A stretch of 64,000 nt of DNA from Ophelia neglecta (Eukaryota), in assembly GCA_965285935.1 (NCBI GenBank), contig OZ260663.1, positions 93,000,001 through 93,064,000 on the forward strand, read 5' to 3'. The translations under genes were made by a program, and so were the position numbers. The notes under the pieces were generated by a model. It saw nothing but the letters and a program-made list of their open reading frames with translations. It did no database searches and had not been told where the DNA came from. Shown in pieces: positions 52,601 through 63,800 of the stretch; within the stretch, counting starts at the first letter, position 1; the number at the start of each line of letters is the position of its first letter.

Positions 52601-55600
52601 GGCCGTTGCATACCGGAAGACTTTGGTGTTAGGATGGGATGTCAGGAAGACGTGTTGGGCTACATGGATTCGGTTTGTTCTGGACGACAGACCTGTCAGC
52701 TCAGATTGTACGATTACCTAGCCACTAAGGACCAGCCCTGTCCGGAAGGACTGATGTCTTACTTACAACTACGATATATCTGCAAGTCGGGTAATAAAAG
52801 CGTCTGAGATTTAACTGAGGGCTTACATACATTTCAATTGAAACAAAAGTAGAAAAATGTGCATGTAATATCCGAACCATGCAATGTCCGGTTCTTCTCT
52901 CAAATATATAAAGCAGTAACTGCCTGATCCAGGCAGTGCCTCTGCTATTCAGTGGGAGTAAACCAAACGAACTGACTGCTGACATCTGAGTCTCCTCTGG
53001 TGCCTAAATAATTAACCCAAATTCACATAAATATTACACCAATCTATCAAGGTATAACACACGCCTTGAGGACTATTCGATACGTATTAAGGGTTCCATC
53101 AGGCTTCAGGGGAGTCAATAAATGATCGAAGTGTCGCTTTTTTGAGTGTGACGCTATAGCCTAGTTCTAAAAACAAAACAAAACGGATGAAAAGCATAAT
53201 TGTCTCAAGATTAATAGATGACATCAATGTCTAAATACATAGATGGTGTTGGATATTCGATTTTGCGCTAAAATGTACCATTATTTTATGTATTATGTTA
53301 AGAGTATATATTCAAAAGGGCTAGCACTACAAGTTCGAAGACATTTTAATATACTTGAATATAATACATCTACAGATAGAGCTATTTTATCTTCGGCATA
53401 TTATTGCCTATTATCCATTTTAGGCTGCTAGCCATTTTATCATAATCAAAACAGTAAAAGTTTACCAATTAAAACATATTTCAGCGTGGAGTGTACCGTA
53501 ATTCAAGAATGAATGTGGCCAAACCTTTCTCTCAAATTGTCTTCTTCTTGGGTGAGCTACCGTTGCTCGATATTATGCGTTAATCGTTTTAGTTGTCATT
53601 TTCAGTGCACGTCTCGCCAAGTACATGTGCCAGCAGCCCCCTACTGGTCACTGGAACAACTGGACTACTGGGAAATGTAATAACCGAACGGGAAGGTCAG
53701 GGATCTCAGGAATGTCCCTGGAATATCCGAGGACTTCCTGGACAGAAAATCCGCCTTACACTATACGACTACGGTGTATGGAAACCTCCCAGGGCCGAAG
53801 GGAGCGACTCTGGAGTTCCTGATTCGGAAATCAGTCTGCCAGAGAGATCAGATATATGTCATATATACGCAAGAGTTACAGAAGGTCAGTTATGTCATAA
53901 ATGAATTATATTACAGTTTTTGCCGCCATCAGAACGTTTTTTTGTTGTTGCTATATATTTCAGGAATCCAATTCTCTCCCAAAATAGATGGTATTAACAT
54001 ATAGAAGGGTTTTATTTCCCCATATGCTAACAAAAACATCTTATAGCTAGTTTTAATAATCAGGTTGATGAAGGGCATGTTTTACAATGATTTTTTTACA
54101 AGCAATTTGCCTTTTTTTACAACACCAGAGTCGACTGAGAGCTCAATCAACCTTTGTGGTGGTGAAGAAAAAGAGAAGGTGGTATACTTATCAGAGTCAG
54201 AAGGCATTCGGATCGTCTTAACCAACCCTGAACACAGTGTAAACTCTGCGTATTTCCTTCTTCTTTACGAAAGTGAGTGACAATTGAATATATATTTGTA
54301 TTGTACAAATACGCATTATGTGAATAAAGAACGTGGGACATTCTAAATGTTTCGTCCTATGTGTCAATACAATTACTTTAATGATGTCTATCATATCATT
54401 CAGCCGTTGGAAATTTAATGAATACAGTTTTTTCGTGTTACTATCGAGTATGTTTTTTAAATTTAAAGTTATCGGGTGTCTGAGTTACATACCACCAGAG
54501 GGCGCTGTAATTGAGCGATACAACAGTGATATATTGGTCAAATGTCAAGACACCGGAAATGGTTGGAAAGTATCGTGTGACGGGACGCGATGGCAAGTAA
54601 TAGGAAACGTCACAAACTGCACTAGAACAGGTTGGTACGACACGGCAAAGGAAGATAAGATAATGTTTTGCTATAGATGGCGAAATTGAAATTGAAAGAC
54701 ATAATAATCAAACATTAAACACATTTTACACATTCATTTACTAATATAGAATATTATTTTAGCCACAGTGGAGAAGCCGTCCGTATCCATTGAAGCCCAG
54801 TTAGAGCGTAGTAGCCTGACTTTATCCCAAGGTGATAAACCCGATAAAGAATGTTTATTAAAATTTGACAGGATGACATTTTCTTGGATTAAAAGTAGAC
54901 TCTACTCCCAAAAACATCATCTGACATATTTCATCATTTCTACAATAATGATTTGATATCTTTTGAATGTTTGTTCATTCCACGAATTGATAAACGTTCT
55001 ATGTACTTACAGGACTCGTGATTGCTTTCTTTCTGTCTATTGCTGTTCTCATAGCAGTCATTATTCTTGTGGTCGGCATTGTTTGCCTTCGAAGGTAAGT
55101 GAATGGTTGGTCAAAAGACATCTTGTATCTGATCTCTTCCAGGCTAAACTGGATTAATGAGCGGATCATATCTACAACATAACTTTATAATATCAATGGT
55201 AATACCCCTTTCAGATGCTCTTTTCTACCTATTCAAAAATATACAAAACATCTATATGAATTTATAGTAATATGAGTAAAGGGTTAAGATATATCCAAAA
55301 ATAAAATCACATGCCCCTTTCTATAGATGTGTCATTTTAGGAGGCAAGAAACCGGAACACGGTCAAGGCGGGATTCTTGGGATGCCTCTGCGAAGCGCAT
55401 GTCATCTTTGGGATATACTGGTAAAGAACATTTTCCCATGCTGAGAAACGAAGAAGGAAAACAGCAGTCTCTCCACGGCAGGGGATATACTACCACAGCC
55501 CAATGGCACGCCGTTGGACCGCCGGGCGCCGTGCCCCCAAGGGAGAGCTTTCCACCCCTACCACTACCACCTACGGATACATTCTCCGACGCCGGGCACT

Positions 55601-55896
55601 GTACTATTCACGGTACACTTAACCGTGATCGCTATCCACAGACAACACATCCTTTTGTCGAACAGCGGTTTTGTAATGAGTGGCCAAATTCCTTACGGCG
55701 CACACTCAATAACGGTAAAACCAAGAACCATTTCTACCACGAGTTAGACCCGGAACATATTAGTGTTCATACTGGGCTCCCACCTGGTCACACAGTATCC
55801 GAAGTGGAAGCATTCGGCGAGGACCAATCCACGGTGCATCTCCCAGATGTGCTTTCTTCTTCGTCAAGTGGTCCCAACAAGTGTGACAACGTTTAA
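49663..55896 (+). CDS. G7: SUEL-CUB-sushi-TM receptor (subfamily B, ~549 aa, recombinant mosaic)
   Basis: Exons 49663-49732, 52503-52790, 53606-53884, 54129-54272, 54469-54630, 54763-54831, 55013-55094, 55341-55896. 1650 nt open frame. Confidence 0.88.
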
Positions 55897-56720
55897 AGGT
55901 GAAATGCTCCTCCGCTTGCACAGGTAATGGAAATACGGTACAAATTACCCCTGGGCAGGTTATGGAATTCATTCATACGTGTTGAACATTTTCAAGCCTC
56001 TTCGCCATGAAAGAATAAGGCTTCAATTCAGACTGATTTCTTTCATATAATTATGTATCTCAGATCGGATTACAAGCCTGGACTTAATTGACAATCGCAG
56101 TATAATCAATTCGAGACAGTTCACCAAAACCTACTTGAGGAAGAACTTACAGTGGCCAATCTACTACAAAACATCAGTATGCGAAACAAAACAACAACTA
56201 AAGATTAATATCTGTTGTGGGAAACAGGACATATTACCACTCATTAGATGGCACAAATTATGTACATGACTGTTGGTCGGAAAGATATGTGGGCCTAGGA
56301 TGCGTTTCAGCATATGTAAATACGACTTGAGCAAACGAGAAAAAATATTACATTTGACTCTTCAACCAGCACGCCGATCATAAATAGTGTGTGATATAAA
56401 TAGAATTAATCAAAATAAATTGTGTTTATTTGGGTCTTGATATATCCCCGAAAAAAATCGCTATTTTGGATTTATTACTTAACAGATAGAAATAGCATTG
56501 CACACCCGTTAACTAAAAATCAATTTCTTACTCGAAAAAGTTCGGTAGTGTTTGGCCAAAGAATTCTTTGGCTCCTGCTTATCAACAAGTGCTTTCTTAG
56601 CCTGACGTATAGTATAATGCCAAAACGTAGAATTAAATACAAGGTAGGACTAACGTTGACAGATGCCATTTGAATTCGTTAGTCTAGTGTTCAACCTTCA
56701 CCTATCGTGACACAGAATGT

Positions 56721-56836
56721 GTGCGGCGCGAGGCGAGCGAGTGATATGCGCACTGCGCCGGCGCTACGTTAACCACCCATTGCACTCAGCCGCGGTACTG
56801 GGTACAATGAGTTCTGATACTAACACTACCAGCTTG
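56721..56836 (+). promoter_or_regulatory. Conserved upstream element of G8
   Basis: Same motif series upstream of ATG 56875. Confidence 0.7.
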
Positions 56837-56874
56837 CTTAGGAATACTAGCAGGAAAATAAACACATTGTTAAT

Positions 56875-59800
56875 ATGGATACGTCATTGAAACACCTTAT
56901 TATTTTAGTTATCATTCCATTGTGGATACCAGCAGGAAACTCCAGTAAGTACAGTATATTCGTTATAAACTCAAATTGAACGCTATCCTAATAAATCCAC
57001 ATCGAATCGTTTTCTATACACACATACCGAGGGAGCGAGCCATCTAGGAATCCTACATAGATACAGTACGCTTAGAGATCTACATTTACACACAGTACAC
57101 CGCTGATGCATGAATATAATTAATTCAATTGAGGGCACATTGTTTATGCCCTCAGACGGATTCCATTTGTGAGTGATTAAAATATATTTATTTCGTAAAC
57201 TAGTCACGGTATAAATGTATCTATTCCTATAAAGTTATATTCAGAACACGAGCTACATGATTATTTTTTGCACCGATGGATCCATAGCCAGGATAAGATG
57301 TCACTGCACAATTTGACCTACCTTGACATATTAAAATGTGTCCGGTTCACACTGCTTACTCCTGTCCTTCTTAGGTTTACACATCACAAATAATGCAAGT
57401 TAATAAAGGCAACACTTTTATTATTTGAGTGGTGCATCTAATTTGCCCTTCACATCTGGGCATTTCCTTCTGTATTTAATCAAATAGAATAATACTAGAA
57501 GGGAATAGCATGTACACATGTAATGTGTGTAAGCTTTAACCGAAGTTGAAATAAGGATAAACTAAGGTAACATTTACAATATAATTCAAAAGAAAACATA
57601 CACATTATTCTTGTGATATATAGAAACCATTCTATGTAACTTTGGACCGATTTCATCGACCATTTTCGACTGCCTATTTTGGATTTTCATTTGGGGGTCC
57701 CCCTACATTCTTTGGGTAAAATGCATTAAGCAATGCGCCAATACAAATATGTCAGCTATATGCCATGCATGGTATCACACATTGATGCAATTATTGCCAA
57801 AACTATGATATTAATAAGATTCGCTTATATACTGGAACTGATGAATCTGAGATTATATTAACATGATGTGGATTGAAGATTTTTTTATAGCCTTGTTGAG
57901 CAATTGATATTTTACATGGCATTAAGGTTAATCGAAGGTTGAGCAACTGAATCTGTGTGTTATCACTAAAATCGTCTGTTCGTAGTGTCGAACCTCAATA
58001 CAGTGCCTATAGAAATGTACCATTTGTTTTAACCTATTTCATTGATACGGATGACCGTGTCCATAGTTTCAAGACGAAAAGCCAGCACAAAGTACAGCTG
58101 GGGAAACGTGAGATTAAAATTGATATTCCGATATGCTGGTACTGATCCTATGAAATTATAAGTATTACGTTATTGAATTTCTTTCCTGGCATTTTACTAT
58201 TCCAGATACGCAGCTTTGTTCAAAGAGCGTCATGCCAATATTTATTTTTGCACTAGACTTTGCCCAAACCACCGCAGTTTTGGCTCGTTCGAGACCCCCC
58301 CCCCCACACATCCCTCCGCGGTGCATTCGAGTATATGTAAAACGTCCTCCTCTTTAGTATGCAACGATCCTTCCGAACTTCTATGGGCTGTTGTTTACTG
58401 AGATGAATTTAAGTTTGTCTCTAAATTATGAGAGAGCGTAGTCCACTCTAGATTCCCCTCGGGCATATTGCATGACTACTGACTCGTTTTGTTATTTCAT
58501 GACAGATTCAAAAGACTATTCATAATTTAAGGAAGTTGCTCTGTCTACCGGGTATTCACTTCCTTTACTTCCTCAACAGCAGTAATAGGTGTGCAATGTG
58601 TGACAAGAGCATTTAATGTTGTCCAAATGATCCTAATGAGTGACCAGTACTTATACGATTACATGAGCAACTCGTAATCATGCACACCTTTGCACTGCTA
58701 TTCTATTTCAGATGGCATACTTACTTGTCATAGATATGTTGTGTAGTGCAATTTTATGATAATTTGTAAGATGATTATTTATCATAATCACTGTATCGGG
58801 ATTGAACAGATAAACTTACCCCGATTTCTACCCATTTTAGTTTGTGCCCGATGTCTTTGTTCGATTCCACGCATGGTATTGCCCGGAGCGGCGAGGCGCG
58901 GCGTGGCGCGGCGTGGACGAAGCGTCTCTTGGCAAAGCGCCTCGTTGCTCGGCGTAATATCTCGCTCGGCAATAGCAAGAACAGATAATATTTCCTCAGA
59001 CTATAGACTTCTAGCCTGAAAAGCATAATCTTCAGGATATTATTTTTTAATTATGACATATTCAATATTTTTTAGTAGAAGCACTTTACAGGCACCATTT
59101 ATTATCTACTTATTGAGCGCGGAGAATAATTTCGAACAATCATGGATGATATCATGACCAGGGCATCTCTCATTGTCCCATTACCAATTTAATTGACACG
59201 GTGGCTCCTTTGTGCTAATTCTGAAAAATTTACTCAAAGCCACCACTTACACATAAATCGTGGTTTGAAGCAAAGTTGCTGCCCAATGCAAAAAGTTATT
59301 GGAGGCCGTTTCTACTAATAATGGGATATGGAGGGGGGGGGGTGTAAAGTAAATCTAAATTTCCAAATTCACCGCAGTATGGGATTAGCAATTTAGAAAA
59401 TAAATCATCATAAAAGCTGTTTTTCGGTGCGCTGTAGACATCCGTCGAGCTTGATAGAACCACATACCATTTTGGCTGAGATTTTTAAAACCATTAAACT
59501 ATCTGAACATTTAGGTCTTCTAAATCCCGCTTTTAATGTGGCTGTAATTATAACTATGATTTCAAGATAAATACAAAAGGTACATTTGCAAAAAGTAAGT
59601 AATGAATTGATTAAGGGGGAGAGTTATAGCAATAACGTATATAAGTCCGTGATTGTTTGACAGTGTCGAAACCGTACAGCACACGCGCATTATGTATAAT
59701 AAATATTATACAAACTTCCTTTTATGCAGAACCGTCGTCAAGCAAATTCGAATTTTATGAAGGAGCTTGAAACGTTTATATTTTTGGCAGAACCAGTTTA

Positions 59801-62800
59801 AAATCTCGGCGGGCACTGTTTGACCTTGAGCCCCAGCCCATCCCAACTAACCCCCACCCCCACCACCACTGTCGGAAGAAAAAAAGCAGCAGTCTTACCC
59901 CAACATAGGTGTCGCAACTCACCGTCTGTTAGTTACGTCATATTTAAGATGAGAAGGGTAAGATATATATTCGGGTACCATGTACAAATCTGAATATAAA
60001 GCTAATGCATTTTGATTATCAAATTGAGTTCATGTGTAATTTGCAGTAGAACAGGACATTTGTATGAGGGATACATTCAAGGCTACCTGTGCAGAAAACG
60101 AGGTTATTCATATGGAGCATGCCCTGTATGGCAGAATGTCGGTAGGCCGTTGCATACCGGAAGACTTTGGTGTTAGGATGGGATGTCAGGAAGACGTGAT
60201 GAGCTATCTAGACTCCGTGTGCTCTGGACGACAGATGTGTCAGCTAAAATTGATAGATTACCTGGCAACTAAGGACCAGCCTTGTCCGGAAGGACTGACA
60301 TCTTACCTACAGTTGCGATACAACTGCAAATCAGGTAACTATATGGCGTCATGATTTAACTGGCAACTTGTATATATTTAAAGCAAAATTCGAAAAATAA
60401 ACATTTGCACGTAATATCCGAAACATGCAATGTCCGGTAAATGGCAACTGCCCAATAATGGTATCCCCTGTGTTTTTCACTGACAGTAAACGTAACTAAC
60501 GGGTTCCAGACATCTGGATCGCCCTGGTGTTTAAATTACTGACCTTGGGTTTTAAAAGCAAATTAAGAACAGGCATTTTCCAAATTCACAAAACAATATT
60601 TGACTGATCAGAGGCGATATACGATGCAGGGCCATATATTATGTAGGGCGATATTCTAGGTTTGCAGACTAAACAACATCGCTGAACAGCTGCATTATCT
60701 CAAGAATGATGAATTGGACTTATGAATAGGCTCATTACACACCATACTGCATAATCGATTTTCACCATTAATTTTTGCAACCTATTATATGTTTGATATG
60801 CTTAAACGGAACACTATGCAAGTTCCAATGCGCCTTTGATCACTTCTTATAATATGCAATTAATATACGCAGCAGTTGTCCTTGTATAAAAACACATAAA
60901 TGCACATGCAAACCCGACATTTGTAACGAAAAATAGATAACGCTAGTTTAACTTCTAAACAACTAGTTTTACAAAACGAATATCGGTGAACATTGTTCTC
61001 CATTGAGCTCCTTCTGATACCACCAAAGCGTGGCCGAGTGGTTAGTGCGTCCACCCAATAATTGGTAGATCGGGGTTCAAATCTTGATCGCGTCAAACCC
61101 AAGACGTAAGAATAGGTACTGATAGCTCCCCTGCCAGGCGCCCGGTATTTCGGGGGTAGTATCAGGATTGGTCAACCCGGTGTCAGTATAATGTGACTGG
61201 GTGGGGTTCCCTGTCTGGTATCTACGGAAGGTACTCCAGTGAGGCAGCGCTATAAAGAGGGCATTGAGCTCACTGTCACAAGTAGGCACTGTGGCTATAT
61301 GACCGATAGGTGTTGAAAGCAACGTCAAACCCCAAACAACCAACCATATCCTTCTGATAGTGAGTTTAGCTTCTAAAAAACTAGTTTAACAAAACGAATA
61401 TCGGTGAATATTGTCCTCCATTGAGCTCCATCTGGTAGTGTGTAGGCTCGATATTACGTGCTTATCATATAATGTTATCACTTCCAGTGCACGTATCTCC
61501 AACACCATGCAGCGGCCACGCCCTACCGGTCACTGGAACAAGTGGGCTACTCGGAAATGTTATAACAGGACGGTCAGGTCAGGGGTCTCCGGAATGTCCC
61601 TGGGATGTCCGAGGATCACCTGGACAGAAAATCCGCCTCACACTATACGACTACGGTGTATGGAAACCTCCCAGGGCAGAAGGTAGCGACTCTGGAGTTC
61701 CCGACTCCGGAATCAGTCTGCCAGAGAGATCAGATATATGTCATATATACGCTCGAGTCACCGAAGGTCAGTCTTGAAGGAAATGAATTATATTGTACTG
61801 TTGACCGTCTTAGAACATTATTCCTTGTTGCTATATATTTTCAGGAATTCATAACTATCTTGTGAAAGAGTAGGTTTACAGACCCATAGAAAGGTCTTGT
61901 TCCCCCGAAATTATATCAACAAGCCAATTTTAATGCTAGTTTCAATAACCAGGTTGATGAAGTGCACGTTTTACAGTGATGTTTTAACAAGCAATAACTT
62001 TTTTTGTAACAACAGACTCGACTGAGAGCTCAATCAACCTTTGTGGTGGTGAAGAAAAAGAGAAGGTGGTATACTTATCAGAGTCAGAAGGCATTCAGAT
62101 CGTCTTAAACAACCCTAAACACAGTGTAAACTCTGCGTATTTCCTTCTTCTTTACGAAAGTGAGTGACAATTGAATACATATTTGTATTGTACAAACACG
62201 CATTATGTGAAAAAAAGAATGTGGGACATTCTAAATGTTTCGACCTATGTGTCAATAGAATTAATTTAATGATGTCTATCATATCATTCAGCCGTTGGAA
62301 ATTTAATGAATACAGTTTTTTAGTGTTACTATTGAGTATGTTTTTTAATTTTAAGTTATCGGGTGTCTAAGTTACATACCACCAGAGGGCGCTGTTATTG
62401 AGCGATACAAAAGTGATATATTGGTGGAGTGTCCAGATACCGGAAGTGGTTGGAAAGTATCGTGTGACGGGACGCGATGGCAAGTAGAAGGAAACGTCAC
62501 AAACTGCACTAAAGCAGGTCGGTACAATATGTCAACGGGAGATAATATTTTGCTATAGATTGCAAAGTTGAAATCTAAGTTAGGACATAATCATTATACA
62601 TTAAACAAATTATACACATTCATTAAATAATATGGAATATTATTTTAGCCACAGTTGAGAAGCCGTCCGTATCCATTGAAACCCAATTAGAGCGTAGTAG
62701 CCTGACCTTATCACAAGGTGATGAACACGACTTTTTATTAAAGATTGACAGAAGCGCTTTTTTTTCTGGGATTAAAACAAGGTTCATCTCCCGAAATATA

Positions 62801-63800
62801 TCATCATCTGGTTTTTCATATTTCACCATTTTTTGCAGTAATTATTTGATATCTTTCGAATATTTGTTCATTAAACGAATTGATAAACGTTCTGGTTTTT
62901 TTTCTAGGACTCGTGATTGCTTTCTTTTTATCTATTGCTGTTCTCATAGCAGTCATTATCCTTGTGGTTGGCATTGTATGCCTTCGAAGGTAAGTGATGA
63001 GTTGGTCAAATGACATCTTGGAACTGATCTCTTCCAGGCAAAACTGGCATAATGAGCATATAGATCATATCTATAACTTTTTTAAAAATATGTTAATACC
63101 CCTTTCACGGTTTTTTTCTCTACATTTTCAAGCAAAGCCAAGCCACAGATCTATATGAATTTTTAGTAAAATGATAAATATAGCCAAAAATAAAATCACA
63201 TGCCCCTTTCTATATTTGTTTCTTTTCAGGAGGCAAGAAACCGGATCACGGTCAAGGCGGGATTCATTGATGGACTCTACGAAACGCATGTCAACTTTGG
63301 GATATACAGATAGAGAACAGTTCCCCATGCTAAGAAACAACGAAGAGGGTGAGCAATGGTTTCCCCACGAAAGGGGATATGCTACAACCGCCCAGAGGAA
63401 CGCGGTTGGCCCTCCGGGCGCCGTGCCGCCCAGGGGGAGGTTTCCACCACTACCACTTCCACCCACGGATACATTCCCTGACGCCGGGCACTGTACTATC
63501 CACGGGACACTTAGCCGTGACCGGTTTCAACGGGATAGTGTTCAGACAACACAGCCTTTCACCGAGCAGCGTTCGTCTAATGACTGGCCTAATTCCTTAC
63601 GGCGCACACGCAGTAACGGTAAAACCAAGGACCATTTCTACCATGAGTTGGATCCGGAACATACCAATGTTCCTATTGGGCTCCCACCGGATCACACAGC
63701 ATCCGACCTGGAAGCATACGGCAGGGACCAATCTGTGGCCCATCTTCCAGATGTACTCTCCTCTTCCTCAAGTGGGCCAACCAAGTGTGACAACGTTTGA
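56875..63800 (+). CDS. G8: SUEL-CUB-sushi-TM receptor (subfamily B, ~554 aa)
   Basis: Exons 56875-56944, 60047-60334, 61488-61766, 62016-62159, 62356-62517, 62649-62717, 62908-62989, 63230-63800. 1665 nt open frame ending KCDNV. Confidence 0.88.
61020..61348 (+). mobile_element. tRNA-derived SINE (Meta-domain-like) in G8 intron 2
   Basis: Pol III A box TGGCCGAGTGG and B box GGTTCAAATC. Central GTCAAACCCAAGACGTAAGAATAGGTACT...CCCCTGCCAGGCGC resembles the Meta domain. Tail TGTTGAAAGCAACGTCAAACCCCAAACAACCAACC. 11-bp TSD TCCTTCTGATA at 61009-61019 and 61349-61359. Absent from the homologous G6 intron. Confidence 0.85.

Noticed and set aside
61025-61095. tRNA-like sequence
   Set aside because: It is the head of a SINE (continues into a body and tail flanked by a TSD); I could not fold a proper cloverleaf.
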